64,000 bases of DNA from a bacterium (GTDB taxonomy: Bacteria > SAR324 > NAC60-12): the NCBI GenBank assembly GCA_965209155.1, contig OZ242383.1:1216001-1280000 (forward strand), in the 5' to 3' direction. This document shows positions 21,728 to 31,300 of the stretch, one piece after another. The position numbers and the translations under genes are program-made. The notes under the pieces were generated by a model. The model saw only the letters and a list, made by a program, of their open reading frames with translations. It did no database searches and was not told where the DNA came from. Numbering within the stretch: the first letter of the stretch is position 1; the number at the start of each line of letters is the position of its first letter.

Positions 21728-22546
21728 ATAGGGGTCAGGAAGGCTTTCGCCTCCCTGCCCTCCGAACCGTGCATGCAGTTCTCCCGCACACGGCTCTCCA
21801 GTCGCTGGTTTCCTCATCGGGATTGGCTCGCTACCCATCGGGCTTCTTTCATGGTGAAAAGTCCGAGTTGTGCGAAGAAAAGATCCTTTGACTCCGTTAC
21901 CCAGAGCCGCCAACATACCTTCCGTCCATATCGTCGTTTCCACCCAACTCCACTGAGGAGAGGCTTCTGTTCCCGGGTTAGTCATCTCCGACACTTTGGA
22001 AACTCCTTTTTTTCTTGAGGATCAACTGCATGAACTTCTCGTATCCAACTTCCTACCCCGCTTCCCTCTTCGGAATTTTACTCTTTCCGCGTTTCATGAA
22101 GCCTGTTTGTCAATTTAGGTTCGTGTTTGTTTTCCCCGTTTCCATCTGGTTTCCCGATGGTGTCACAATATCCTCACCCTCTTGCCAAACAAAACTCCAT
22201 TACGGTACTATCAGGGTTCTGACTCCTCTACCTCTCACCAAAGGCAGAGGTCTCCCTAGTTATCTCGCTTAAACTTCCTGATGTTCCGTCCCCAACCACG
22301 TTATGCGCCTGACCCCCGTTTTATCCACCACTACAACGGGATCAGTGAGTTTCAGACTTCGCCACGAATGAGCAAGCTCGTCGCTAACATGCCGCCGAAT
22401 CGGGTTCGTTCTCCTACGGACCACCAGTTCGCCTCCGGTTGCTCCCCACCCCGCCTCATGGCGACGCAGTTACCTTCGACTACATGGCTGTGGTTTACCA
22501 TGACACGGACTTTCACCGTGCTGATTAAACGCCTTCCCAGGCGCAC
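21728..22546 (-). mobile_element. Group II intron, non-autonomous (RT ORF internally deleted), copy 1, 819 nt
   Basis: Starts GTGCG; domain V GAGCCGTGTGCGGGAGAACTGCATGCACGGTTC; domain VI ending CCCCTAT. Boundaries confirmed by the empty site at 35848/35849. Confidence 0.93.
21814..21994 (-). pseudogene. Fused N- and C-terminal remnants of the intron reverse transcriptase/maturase
   Basis: MSEM..WSWVETTIWTEGMLAALGNGVKG joined out of frame to FFAQLGLFTMKEARWVASQSR*; no YADD motif. Confidence 0.75.
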
Positions 22547-22625
22547 TCATTCCGGGCGAAGACCCGGAATCCAGATTTCAGTCTGGCTGCATACCTCTGG
22601 ATTCCTGATCAAGCCAGGAATGACA
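22547..22625. repeat. REP doublet forming the 5' exon of the intron
   Basis: TCATTCCGGGCGAAGACCCGGAATCCA ... TGGATTCCTGATCAAGCCAGGAATGACA. Confidence 0.85.
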
Positions 22626-22952
22626 CGATTTCTCTGCAGTCACGAAAGTTGAGTGAAGCCCGCGTGATGATTGGCCTGTTGGCATTCGATTGGAAGTCCG
22701 CGACGATTCGGGAGGTAGGAAAAGTTTTCAATCGAGATTATTCGACGATCCGCTTTGCAGTGCACCGCTTGAGACGATGTCTGAAGGAATTCCAGGAGCT
22801 CTAAATTCAATCAGAAGAACTGAAACGTCAAATATTTACTTGAAGATTCAAACTTTCAGAGCCAGACCCCCTTTCCTTGGAAATTCCTCTAATGAGTGAG
22901 CGACCCCATTGACCGGAGTTGTCTTAACAAGTCAATATCAAATGGACTTAAC

Positions 22953-23441
22953 CTATTTTGCAGTAGAATTCGGTATAATTCTACGTCGCTGCATGAATAG
23001 GACTGGGAAACCATAACTCTCTCCAGAAACATGGTGGAGTTTTTGATGTCTGATGTCTTCCAACTGTCCAAGTTTGCTCGTCCATGTTCCGTCGGATAGT
23101 TGCCGTGTAGCGTGAGTAGGCAATCCGTCAGTGTCAGCGAAAATAGCAACTTTCTCAATTCCGACCTTGAAATTTGTATCTTGGCAAACTTCGAATCCAA
23201 GTCTTCGAAAGACTTCAGCGTATGCCTCCACCGTGTATTGTCGAGGCACGTTTTGTGGCCAATAATAAGAATTATCAGGATCTGGTTCCCACCAACGAGT
23301 ATCATCTCCTGCAGCCCAAGCGATACAGTTGTAACCCGATTCTGCCGAACTGGTAATTTGATATTCAGTGCCACGGAGTTTTGGAAACAAGCATTCCAAT
23401 TTCAAAATAAAAACCCTTTTTTTCGCGCCCAATTCAACCAA
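22953..23441 (-). CDS. Hypothetical protein with papain-like Cys/His motifs (DUF7689-like)
   Basis: YNCIAWA...THATRQ...WTSKLG; true start probably near 23405. Confidence 0.65.
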   Translation of the reverse strand: MVELGAKKRVFILKLECLFPKLRGTEYQITSSAESGYNCIAWAAGDDTRWWEPDPDNSYYWPQNVPRQYTVEAYAEVFRRLGFEVCQDTNFKVGIEKVAIFADTDGLPTHATRQLSDGTWTSKLGQLEDIRHQKLHHVSGESYGFPVLFMQRRRIIPNSTAK

Positions 23442-23851
23442 TCCTGAGCCATCTCTTCAATTACCCCCTGGTGATCTGGCAGCACGGGATCATCTTGGCT
23501 AATTGCCCGAAGAGCCCAAAACCAGTGTCCTGGCTTATTTTTCAGTTCTCTTAGAATCAATGGTAACGCGCTTGGCCCCATACCTACAATTTGTTGATAA
23601 GCAGGATGCAAAACGACTTCTCGGACTGAAGAAAGATGAGCGCATTCCTCATGCACTATTTCTACGAGACGATGGAATCGCTGGGTTAAGGTATCTGGCT
23701 GGGAACTCCATTCTGTTTCCAATGTAATTGAGGTAGTAAACCCCTTCTCTCTTCCCAAAGTCAAAAGATCCGAAAGCCCAATTTGCATTGTCTGCTCGGA
23801 CACATACATGTCGTGTGACCAATTATCTCGTAACGGTACAATACCAGTCAT
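23402..23851 (-). CDS. Hypothetical helical protein, putative partner/antitoxin
   Basis: HPAYQQIVGMGPSALPLILREL..HWFWALRAI; tightly coupled to both neighbours. Confidence 0.65.
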   Translation of the reverse strand: MTGIVPLRDNWSHDMYVSEQTMQIGLSDLLTLGREKGFTTSITLETEWSSQPDTLTQRFHRLVEIVHEECAHLSSVREVVLHPAYQQIVGMGPSALPLILRELKNKPGHWFWALRAISQDDPVLPDHQGVIEEMAQDWLNWARKKGFLF

Positions 23852-23853
23852 TT

Positions 23854-24600
23854 TTAATCCTCCTGATCGAACAGTTTGCGAAGTAGGTCTGTGATACTGT
23901 CCTCAAATGCCTTCACTACGTTCTCATGCGCTCGTTGGATCTCCCTTTTCAACTCGATTCCATCTGAAGAAGTATCAGGTGTGAAGATGTCGTACAGATC
24001 CAACAAAAAAACTTGCTTATTATCCATTGCCTGTCGGGGAGTAGTTCCGAACGTGATGAACACCACATGCGCTTGTTCGGTTTGAGGAATTTCCACTCGA
24101 ACGAGAAAGGGACCATGAACGTTCCCCAGAGATTCTGGAAGTTTCGGGTAAATCATGAAATAGTCCTCCATAGCAACCTGAGTCCCCGGAATTTCTATTC
24201 GATTGATATAACGTATTCCACATTGATCAATTTTCTGAGGCGCAGCAATCTTTTTGTATAATTCCAACGCATTGCGCACTACCAACTCCCACTCCGCAAA
24301 GTGTTGATAGGGGCGTAACTGATTGACTACAAGAAGATTCTCTGCAATCTGTATCATACGGTCACCTCGTTCAGAGACTAATTGAATCCACGGTAGCTTC
24401 TGCGCACCAGCAGTGGACGCCTCTCGTCCCAGAGTGATTTGTGCTTGCCGGACCTCTCGTTGCTGTTTCTTGGGAAAGTCTTGCTTGACATTTTCGTAAA
24501 AGATTCCGGGAATCGTATCGTCCCACTTCGAATCGCGGAAATATATTTCACACAACGCTTCAACGACCGGGGGTTTTTGGTAGTTTCTTTGCGCACCCAT
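23854..24600 (-). CDS. TIGR04255-like family protein
   Basis: PPVVEALCEIYF, PYQHFAEW, CGIRYINRIEI, FLLDLY, FEDSITD pattern. Confidence 0.8.
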   Translation of the reverse strand: MGAQRNYQKPPVVEALCEIYFRDSKWDDTIPGIFYENVKQDFPKKQQREVRQAQITLGREASTAGAQKLPWIQLVSERGDRMIQIAENLLVVNQLRPYQHFAEWELVVRNALELYKKIAAPQKIDQCGIRYINRIEIPGTQVAMEDYFMIYPKLPESLGNVHGPFLVRVEIPQTEQAHVVFITFGTTPRQAMDNKQVFLLDLYDIFTPDTSSDGIELKREIQRAHENVVKAFEDSITDLLRKLFDQED

Positions 24601-24977
24601 TATGATTCCATTTCTGAAACAAATTACCTTCATTCGCTCACTGATAACCGCAGGTCAATCCATAGAGCTTCTCTTGCGAGAATCACGAGTCCCTCTCTAA
24701 AAATCAGTGACCATGGCTATTGATTTTTGCCAGACAATTCAATCCCAAATGCTCTTTCTGAATCTTGTCCAAATGCGCTTGTCAGATCGCTTGGCGTATG
24801 CGAGACGGCTCGCGAGGCATAACGACAGCGCGTCCAAGGGACTGTATTTCACAGGGGAATAATTAGGTTTGAACTGGGAATAGGCAATTGAGGAATGCAT
24901 AGGCGTCTCCTAGTAATCCAAGACCTTATTGTACGTCAACCGATGCCAAAGTCAATTCGAGAGGGCTTCCAAGTGTC

Positions 24978-25071
24978 GACGTTTGAAGGAATCCCAGGGG
25001 CTCCAAAATCAATTAAAGGAACTGAAACGCCAAATACTTGCTTGAAGTTTCAAACTTCCAAGCCAGACCCC
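24978..25071 (+). mobile_element. Solo right end of the RAYT unit
   Basis: Similar to 22775-22870, ending CAAACTTCCAAGCCAGACCCC. Confidence 0.75.
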
Positions 25072-25127
25072 TTTTTTCGATATTTTCCAAATGCTTGAGA
25101 AGGGTTTCTTGATTTTCCATTGCTCGC

Positions 25128-25295
25128 TCACCACGTGATATTATCGGGATTGAAGACTTTCCCACCCCATTGCGATTCCAGAAAATATTTAGGAATTTCT
25201 TTTTGCTTTTTGGGTGACAACTCGTTCTCCCCGGATTCTATATCTTTCGGCTCGTCCTTCTTCCCGAGCCGTTTTTCTGTATTGGTTTTTTTCAT
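25128..25295 (-). CDS. Small 55-aa ORF, not in the ORF track
   Basis: GAGGAG RBS, MKKTNTEKRLGKKDEP...GGKVFNPDNITW*; lies 20 bp after the beta-barrel gene. Confidence 0.45.
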   Translation of the reverse strand: MKKTNTEKRLGKKDEPKDIESGENELSPKKQKEIPKYFLESQWGGKVFNPDNITW

Positions 25296-25315
25296 TTTAC
25301 TCCTCGTCTTTGAGT

Positions 25316-26200
25316 TTAAAAATAACGACGAATACCGATTAACAAAAGGTGAAGCTCTACTTTGGTTTCTGATTCGACTTTGATTGTATACGTATCGGGT
25401 GAACTGGGTGAACGGGGTACAGTTATGTTACCACTGTACTTAACTGTGTCTGTAATCTGATAACGATATCCCAAATCTATTGTTGTGAAATCATCGAATT
25501 GAAATTCCAAACCCGCACCGATTTGGTATGCGATTACCGTATCGGAAGTAGAAGTTCTTGGTACTGGTGAAAGTGCAAGGCCATGTTTTATAAATCCTTC
25601 CAGTTCGTTTTGAGGCTCTATCGCCTCAGCGATTGCTTTTGATACAATTGTAGGATCCCACTTCACACGCCCAATATCCACGTCCATAAATCCAATTCCC
25701 CCTCCGAAATATGGCGTCCATTGCGACCTGGAAACAACATCATACCACGCATTGATCATCACACCTTGCTGCTCGGCAGTGCCTCCGGCCGTGGTATCAG
25801 AAATTTTCCCTATCTTATTGCAAGCCGATTGAACTGCTTGCAAAATTCCACCACAAGATAATTTGCCATATACCAATTTATCAACTTTGGCTTCGCTGAA
25901 AAACAACTCACTTTCTATACGCAGAGTGGGCTCGACTTGATAACCAATAGCTCCACTCACTCTGAAACCCGTGCTATATCCTGTAACCGCTTCTGTTCCA
26001 AAATTACTGGATAATGCTCCGGTCGAATTGGTTTTTGTATCCGTTGGTGAATCATTCAGAAACATAATCGGGATTTTTGCACCAAGATACCATTTGGAAT
26101 CCGTTTCTTCCGCATAGACATAGGGTGTAAAAATTACTACAATACAAAAAGCAAGTGACGCGATTGCCACAATTCGCTTATTAAGTTTATATTTTCTCAT
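25316..26200 (-). CDS. Outer membrane beta-barrel protein (opacity/OmpA-like porin family)
   Basis: Signal peptide, GAIGY..LRIESE, MINAWYD, PYFGGGIG, AYQIGAG, DLGYRY, terminal Phe. Confidence 0.85.
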   Translation of the reverse strand: MRKYKLNKRIVAIASLAFCIVVIFTPYVYAEETDSKWYLGAKIPIMFLNDSPTDTKTNSTGALSSNFGTEAVTGYSTGFRVSGAIGYQVEPTLRIESELFFSEAKVDKLVYGKLSCGGILQAVQSACNKIGKISDTTAGGTAEQQGVMINAWYDVVSRSQWTPYFGGGIGFMDVDIGRVKWDPTIVSKAIAEAIEPQNELEGFIKHGLALSPVPRTSTSDTVIAYQIGAGLEFQFDDFTTIDLGYRYQITDTVKYSGNITVPRSPSSPDTYTIKVESETKVELHLLLIGIRRYF

Positions 26201-26490
26201 TTTGCAACTCCTATCTCAAATTGCCCTTGTTCCGGGTTCATTAATTAAATCCGCCATAGGTGAATTATTGAATACAAGAAGGTGGGTTAATGCCTCGTAC
26301 AGAATCAACCCACCGTTTCGCCCTATAATAAAGTAACAAGGCTATTCAAGCTTGCCGTTGACCAGGACCTTGTAAGAAGGGAACTAAACCAGATCAAACC
26401 GAGCCGGAATGTGGGAACTCCGGGGCCCGATCCAATGAAAAGATAACACTCGGAATCAGAATGTAACCGCCCGGAGCATATAGTTCGAAT

Positions 26491-26724
26491 TTAAAACTCC
26501 GCTCTAATAATGAATTGATACAATTTTTCACCACCAGTATCTGTATATTCAAATCGTAGATTATCACTCAAATCAAACCCAAAGCCTCTACGACCTTCCA
26601 TTGAATTTACGATAAGTCCAGCTAAATCTTTTTTCATCTCTTCACTGATTTCTCCAAATTCCCCATTAAAGGCATGTTCTAAATCCCTCCCTATTCTTCT
26701 TACTTTATCTTCAATATTTCCCAT
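26491..26724 (-). CDS. Hypothetical protein
   Basis: 77-aa AT-rich ORF with AAAAGGA RBS. Confidence 0.45.
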   Translation of the reverse strand: MGNIEDKVRRIGRDLEHAFNGEFGEISEEMKKDLAGLIVNSMEGRRGFGFDLSDNLRFEYTDTGGEKLYQFIIRAEF

Positions 26725-26760
26725 AATTTAATCCTTTTTGGTTGATATTTGGCAATAAAA

Positions 26761-26985
26761 TTAGAAAAATTCGTTTTCAAAATATTTCATTACAGGGTGT
26801 ATAGCGTTATAAATATCTTTTGAAAAATGAGTTTGCAGGTATGTATATATTTCGGTAAATGAACTCTTATTAACATAGACATTTATGTCTTCATCCCCTA
26901 TAATTAGTATTGCATCGATTTTTATTAATCCCGGTTCACCGGGAATATATTCTATAGAATATTTCCGAATTAGATGAGTTTTCAT
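26761..26985 (-). CDS. Hypothetical protein
   Basis: 74-aa AT-rich ORF co-oriented with its neighbour. Confidence 0.4.
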   Translation of the reverse strand: MKTHLIRKYSIEYIPGEPGLIKIDAILIIGDEDINVYVNKSSFTEIYTYLQTHFSKDIYNAIHPVMKYFENEFF

Positions 26986-27194
26986 TAAACTTCCAAAAAA
27001 TATGATTACGCAAAATTGGCCAAGACCTTTTTTAGTTTCAAAAGCTCGGGAGTTACTTTTGACCTACACTCGTATTCTTTCCAATTCTCTTCAGATTGAA
27101 CCGATTTAATAGTTTCCATGGGGCCTCCTCATGGTTAGGCCCCATATTTCCCACGATTCCGCCCACAAGTCAACCTTTTTTCCACAAAAAAAAC

Positions 27195-27436
27195 AGCGAT
27201 GAAGCGGCGAACAATGAAATCCTTTGCAGAGATGCAAAGGAAATCAACGGAGCTAGTGGAGCCAAGGGACTTGGCCGAGAGAAATTCTGCTTACCCTCCT
27301 GTGCCCGGAACCCAGGGTCCGGTAAAATCAGAGAGTGGTTTAGGCAGGGTACGCCAAACGGCGAATCAACGTTTGAGCGTCTGACTCGAGGCAGGAGCCG
27401 GATGCGTTAGTAGCGCTCGTCCGGATCTGTGCCGGA
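27195..27436 (+). mobile_element. Remnant of a second, unrelated group II intron (3' half, no ORF)
   Basis: Domain V GAGCCGGATGCGTTAGTAGCGCTCGTCCGGATCT at 27395-27428; upstream purine-rich DII/DIII-like segment; domain VI truncated. Left boundary approximate. Confidence 0.7.
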
Positions 27437-27488
27437 GGAATGACGAAAGGTGGCTCAAAACCACTATAAGTCAGTTCTTTACGGTGAC

Positions 27489-28982
27489 TGAAAGTTTGGA
27501 AAATTAGCGTTATTTTATTCTTTAAATCGATTTGACATTCCTTCTCTCTGGTTTCTGAAGGTGGCTCGTCAACCACGGCTTTACTATCTTGGTGCTTTTT
27601 ACCATGTGATGCTTCGTGGCAATGGAGGGCAACCCATTTTTTTCAGTCCCCTCGACTATTGACATTTTTATCACTTGCTCCAAGAAGGTTTCCAACGCTT
27701 TGATCATCGGACTCGTGCCTTTTGTTTTACGAGCAATCAAACATGCCCCTCCCTGTTCTCCTCCTCTTTCAGGACGGATCATTCATCAAGTGGCTCGCGT
27801 TTATCAACTACCGGAGCAGGAATTAACCCGAGTTCGACATAAATCTTCAATAATAGGAGTATCCTGGCGTATATGATAGGGGTCAGGAAGGCTTTCGCCT
27901 CCCTGCCCTCCGAACCGTGCATGCAGTTCTCCCGCACACGGCTCTCCAGTCGCTGGTTTCCTCATCGGGATTGGCTCGCTACCCATCGGGCTTCTTTCAT
28001 GGTGAAAAGTCCGAGTTGTGCGAAGAAAAGATCCTTTGACTCCGTTACCCAGAGCCGCCAACATACCTTCCGTCCATATCGTCGTTTCCACCCAACTCCA
28101 CTGAGGAGAGGCTTCTGTTCCCGGGTTAGTCATCTCCGACACTTTGGAAACTCCTTTTTTTCTTGAGGATCAACTGCATGAACTTCTCGTATCCAACTTC
28201 CTACCCCGCTTCCCTCTTCGGAATTTTACTCTTTCCGCGTTTCATGAAGCCTGTTTGTCAATTTAGGTTCGTGTTTGTTTTCCCCGTTTCCATCTGGTTT
28301 CCCGATGGTGTCACAATATCCTCACCCTCTTGCCAAACAAAACTCCATTACGGTACTATCAGGGTTCTGACTCCTCTACCTCTCACCAAAGGCAGAGGTC
28401 TCCCTAGTTATCTCGCTTAAACTTCCTGATGTTCCGTCCCCAACCACGTTATGCGCCTGACCCCCGTTTTATCCACCACTACAACGGGATCAGTGAGTTT
28501 CAGACTTCGCCACGAATGAGCAAGCTCGTCGCTAACATGCCGCCGAATCGGGTTCGTTCTCCTACGGACCACCAGTTCGCCTCCGGTTGCTCCCCACCCC
28601 GCCTCATGGCGACGCAGTTACCTTCGACTACATGGCTGTGGTTTACCATGACACGGACTTTCACCGTGCTGATTAAACGCCTTCCCAGGCGCACTCATTC
28701 CGGGCGAAGACCCGGAATCCGGATTTCAGTCTGGCTGCCTACCTCTGGATTCCTGGTCAAGCCAGGAATGACGAGGATTCTCTGCAGTCGCGAAATTGGA
28801 GTGACGCCTGTGCGATGATTGGCCTGTTGGCTTTCGATTGGGAATCCGCAACGATCCGGGAAGTCGGAAAAGTTTTTCATCGAGATGATTCGACGATCCG
28901 CTTTGCAGTGCACCGCTTGAGACGACGTTTGACTGAAACGTCAAATATTTACTTGAAGATTCAAACTTTCTAGCCAGACCCC
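27489..28982 (+). mobile_element. Second degenerate RAYT unit with the same nested MITE/REP/intron
   Basis: GTG start 27561: VARQPRLYYLGAFYHVMLRGNGGQPIFF..; right IR CAAACTTTCTAGCCAGACCCC at 28962-82; left IR truncated. Confidence 0.75.
27876..28694 (-). mobile_element. Group II intron, non-autonomous, copy 2
   Basis: Appears identical to 21728-22546 (offset 6148; overlapping ORF translations are identical). Confidence 0.93.
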
Positions 28983-29252
28983 ATTTTCAACCATGAAACC
29001 GTCAACCACAGCAAAAAGGACTATGTCCGTGGACATGTTACGACAAACGGAATCGATTCATTCTGGGCGGCACTGAAGAGAGGACAATACGGCACCTACC
29101 ATCACTTCAGCAATAAGCACCTGGGGAGGTACGTCACAGAATTCTCCGGAAGGCAAAACATGAGAGACCTTGACACGATTGATCAAATGGCTCTAATAGC
29201 CAATAAAATGATCGGACAAAAGCTCTCTTACAAGAATTTGATTTCGGATTAA
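28983..29252 (+). pseudogene. 3' fragment of an IS1595-family transposase
   Basis: HETVNHSKKDYVRGHVTTNGIDSFWAALKRGQYGTYHHFSNKHLGRYVTEF...KLSYKNLISD*. Confidence 0.88.
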
Positions 29253-29270
29253 ATTACAACGATAAACGGA

Positions 29271-29549
29271 TTATCCGGAGAAAAATAACAGTTTCCCAAC
29301 AGCACCCACTAGAGAAACTACGACTGCCGCAAAAAGCCAGTTCAGATACCATAAACGCGCATTAATGCTTTTTTCCATTCCATCAACTCGCCCTTCCAGT
29401 CTAACAACTGATTCGGATAAATTACCATGGTCTCTTTGCAAACTATCGAAACGCCGGTCCACATCGTTTTTTAGATTATCCAAGCGTTCGTTTACCCGTT
29501 TATCCATATCCTGGATCATTTTATAAACGTGCTCAATCGTTATCTCCAT
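29271..29549 (-). CDS. Coiled-coil protein with C-terminal TM helix (DUF1640/CCDC90-like)
   Basis: Heptad-like DKRVNERLDNLKNDVDRRFD then a hydrophobic tail; probable IS1595 passenger. Confidence 0.55.
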   Translation of the reverse strand: MEITIEHVYKMIQDMDKRVNERLDNLKNDVDRRFDSLQRDHGNLSESVVRLEGRVDGMEKSINARLWYLNWLFAAVVVSLVGAVGKLLFFSG

Positions 29550-29594
29550 AAAATACCTTAATCGACATACTCATGTTTAAATTGTGGTATATTC

Positions 29595-29933
29595 CTATCC
29601 CACGAAAAGAATGTCATTTTTTATGCAATAAATATTCAAGTGCATCATGCGGTTCCTGTTAAAATCTTCCTGGATGACCTGGAAAACATATCTTATATCT
29701 TCGTCAGACTGTTCACCAAATCTATCTGCCATCCTCTGACCAAGATTCTGCCATGTTAATTTACGAAAGTTAACTTTCTTAAATGGTTTCCCTGCAATTA
29801 ACTGATTCCAACCCCAGCGGAAATCATTATAAGAAAGGTCTTTGATATCACTCTTGTAATCAGTTTGTCTATCATCCTCCGTAATAATACGATCCAATTC
29901 ACTCATTACTTGCAAATAAGTCACCCGATTCAT
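29595..29933 (-). CDS. Hypothetical protein
   Basis: 112 aa, AAGGGGA RBS, KLTWQNLGQR motif. Confidence 0.55.
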   Translation of the reverse strand: MNRVTYLQVMSELDRIITEDDRQTDYKSDIKDLSYNDFRWGWNQLIAGKPFKKVNFRKLTWQNLGQRMADRFGEQSDEDIRYVFQVIQEDFNRNRMMHLNIYCIKNDILFVG

Positions 29934-30326
29934 ATTATTCCCCTTTATAGTATTTGGGTTTTATCCGATTTGCAACATAATTTTCCTGATGGGAAACAGT
30001 CACTCAATTCCATATAGGCATTATGGGCCTTTAGAACGATCTCATCCAGTCTCCCCCTTTCGTGCAAATTCCAGCCAGCCTTTTTAGACTTCCTGTCTAT
30101 GAATCCCCTTGTCGAGAAAAGATCATCTGTCAATCTACCTACGTAATGAAACAGACCTGGTCTACCTCCCTGCATTTTTTATATAATCACGCACTCTTCG
30201 ATACTCTGCAATTGTTCTGGCGTGAATGCTAGGAGAGTACGCATATTCTCTTGAGTAGGGGAAAACTTAACCGGATCGATTTCCCTATACCTCTGAACTG
30301 TATTGGTTCCTATTTTCCAATCCGGG

Positions 30327-31238
30327 GAGATATAGTCGAAAGTTGGGGATGGACTAAATTTGAAGTTGGCGTACCCTTTTGATGGATTTTAACAAAAAGA
30401 GAATCAAATCAAAGAAAGGATACGCCGATGAGCAACTATAACGTGATTGATCTGGAGAAGCCAGAACAAATTATTGAAGATCATTTGAGTGAACTTTTGA
30501 GAGTGAAAGCCAGGAAGATACTTTCTGAAGCGCTGGAATTGGAGATGGAATTGTTCATGAAGGCATATCAGTCCTATCGACTCTCGGATGTACGTCAGCG
30601 AGTGGTTCGTCATGGCTATCATCCAGATCGGGAGATTCAGACGGGAATTGGTTCTGTATCCGTGAAAGTTCCTCGGAGCAAAGATCGTCAAAGCACCTCA
30701 TCAGAGGAAAGGATTCGATTTTCTTCCAAGTTGATCCCCCCTTATCTGAGGAAAAGTAAAAGTATTGAAGCACTGATTCCCTGTGAGAATGGATAAAGAT
30801 AAACAATGCCTCTTGGTGATTGTGGGGGCAACAGCAAATGGAGATAAAGAGCTCGTTGCCTTGGAAGACGGCTACCGGGAAAGTGAGCAATCCTGGAGGG
30901 AACTGCTGATGGATCTGAAGCACCGGGGATTGACTGAGGTCCCTAAAATCGCTGTGGGAGACGGAGCGATGGGATTTTGGAAAGCTTTGAAAAAAGTCTA
31001 TCCTCTGAATCCACCTTCGCTACTGTCAAACTGAGAACTGCAAAAGTCAGAGGTTGTTTCTCAAGAATTCCGTCTTGACGATGGCATTCAAATTAATGGA
31101 ATCCACTCAGAAAATGGGATACGCTTACATGGATTTAAACGATTAGCCGAAGTGATAGAGGGAGTGCAATTTGTCGATGGAATTCCTCAATACAGGATTG
31201 CCGCCTGAATTGCCATCCCCAGAATTTGACTATAACTC
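30327..31238 (+). mobile_element. IS256-family element, internally deleted
   Basis: IRs GAGATATAGTCGAAAGTTGGGGATGG / CCATCCCCAGAATTTGACTATAACTC; transposase pieces RHGYHPDREIQTGIG..VPR and DGYRESEQSW..AVGDGAMGFW in different frames. No target duplication seen. Confidence 0.9.
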
Positions 31239-31300
31239 TTCTTTTCTCGTACAATTTGAAATATAAATTCCAAATTTAGTTCATTTATTTACTTTAAAAT

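Larger units (their letters stand above)
21330..22871 (+). mobile_element. Degenerate RAYT (REP-associated Y1 transposase) unit with terminal inverted repeats, interrupted by MITE/REP and a group II intron
   Basis: IRs GGGGGTCTGGCTTGAAAGTTTG (21330-51) and CAAACTTTCAGAGCCAGACCCCC (22849-71). N-terminal remnant ARQPRLYYPGAL*HVML/GNGGQSIFF..RFDHRIHAFCIMIN; C-terminal HTH remnant EARVMIGLLAFDWKSATIREVGKVFNRDYSTIRFAVHRL. Confidence 0.75.

Noticed and set aside
21656..22652. ORF-track proteins overlapping the intron (and their twins at 27804-28818)
   Set aside because: They are shadow frames over ribozyme RNA; only the short RT remnant is protein-derived.
24790..24890. GCATAAC motif as an integron attC site
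   Set aside because: No matching inverse core with a paired stem, no repetition between cargo genes, and no intI.
26280..26480. Possible riboswitch upstream of the beta-barrel gene
   Set aside because: Only one hairpin (GGTGGGTT/AACCCACC) and no recognisable aptamer consensus.
29945..30326. 76-aa ORF as an intact gene
   Set aside because: It appears to be a broken reading frame running up to the IS256 left end; no product can be assigned.
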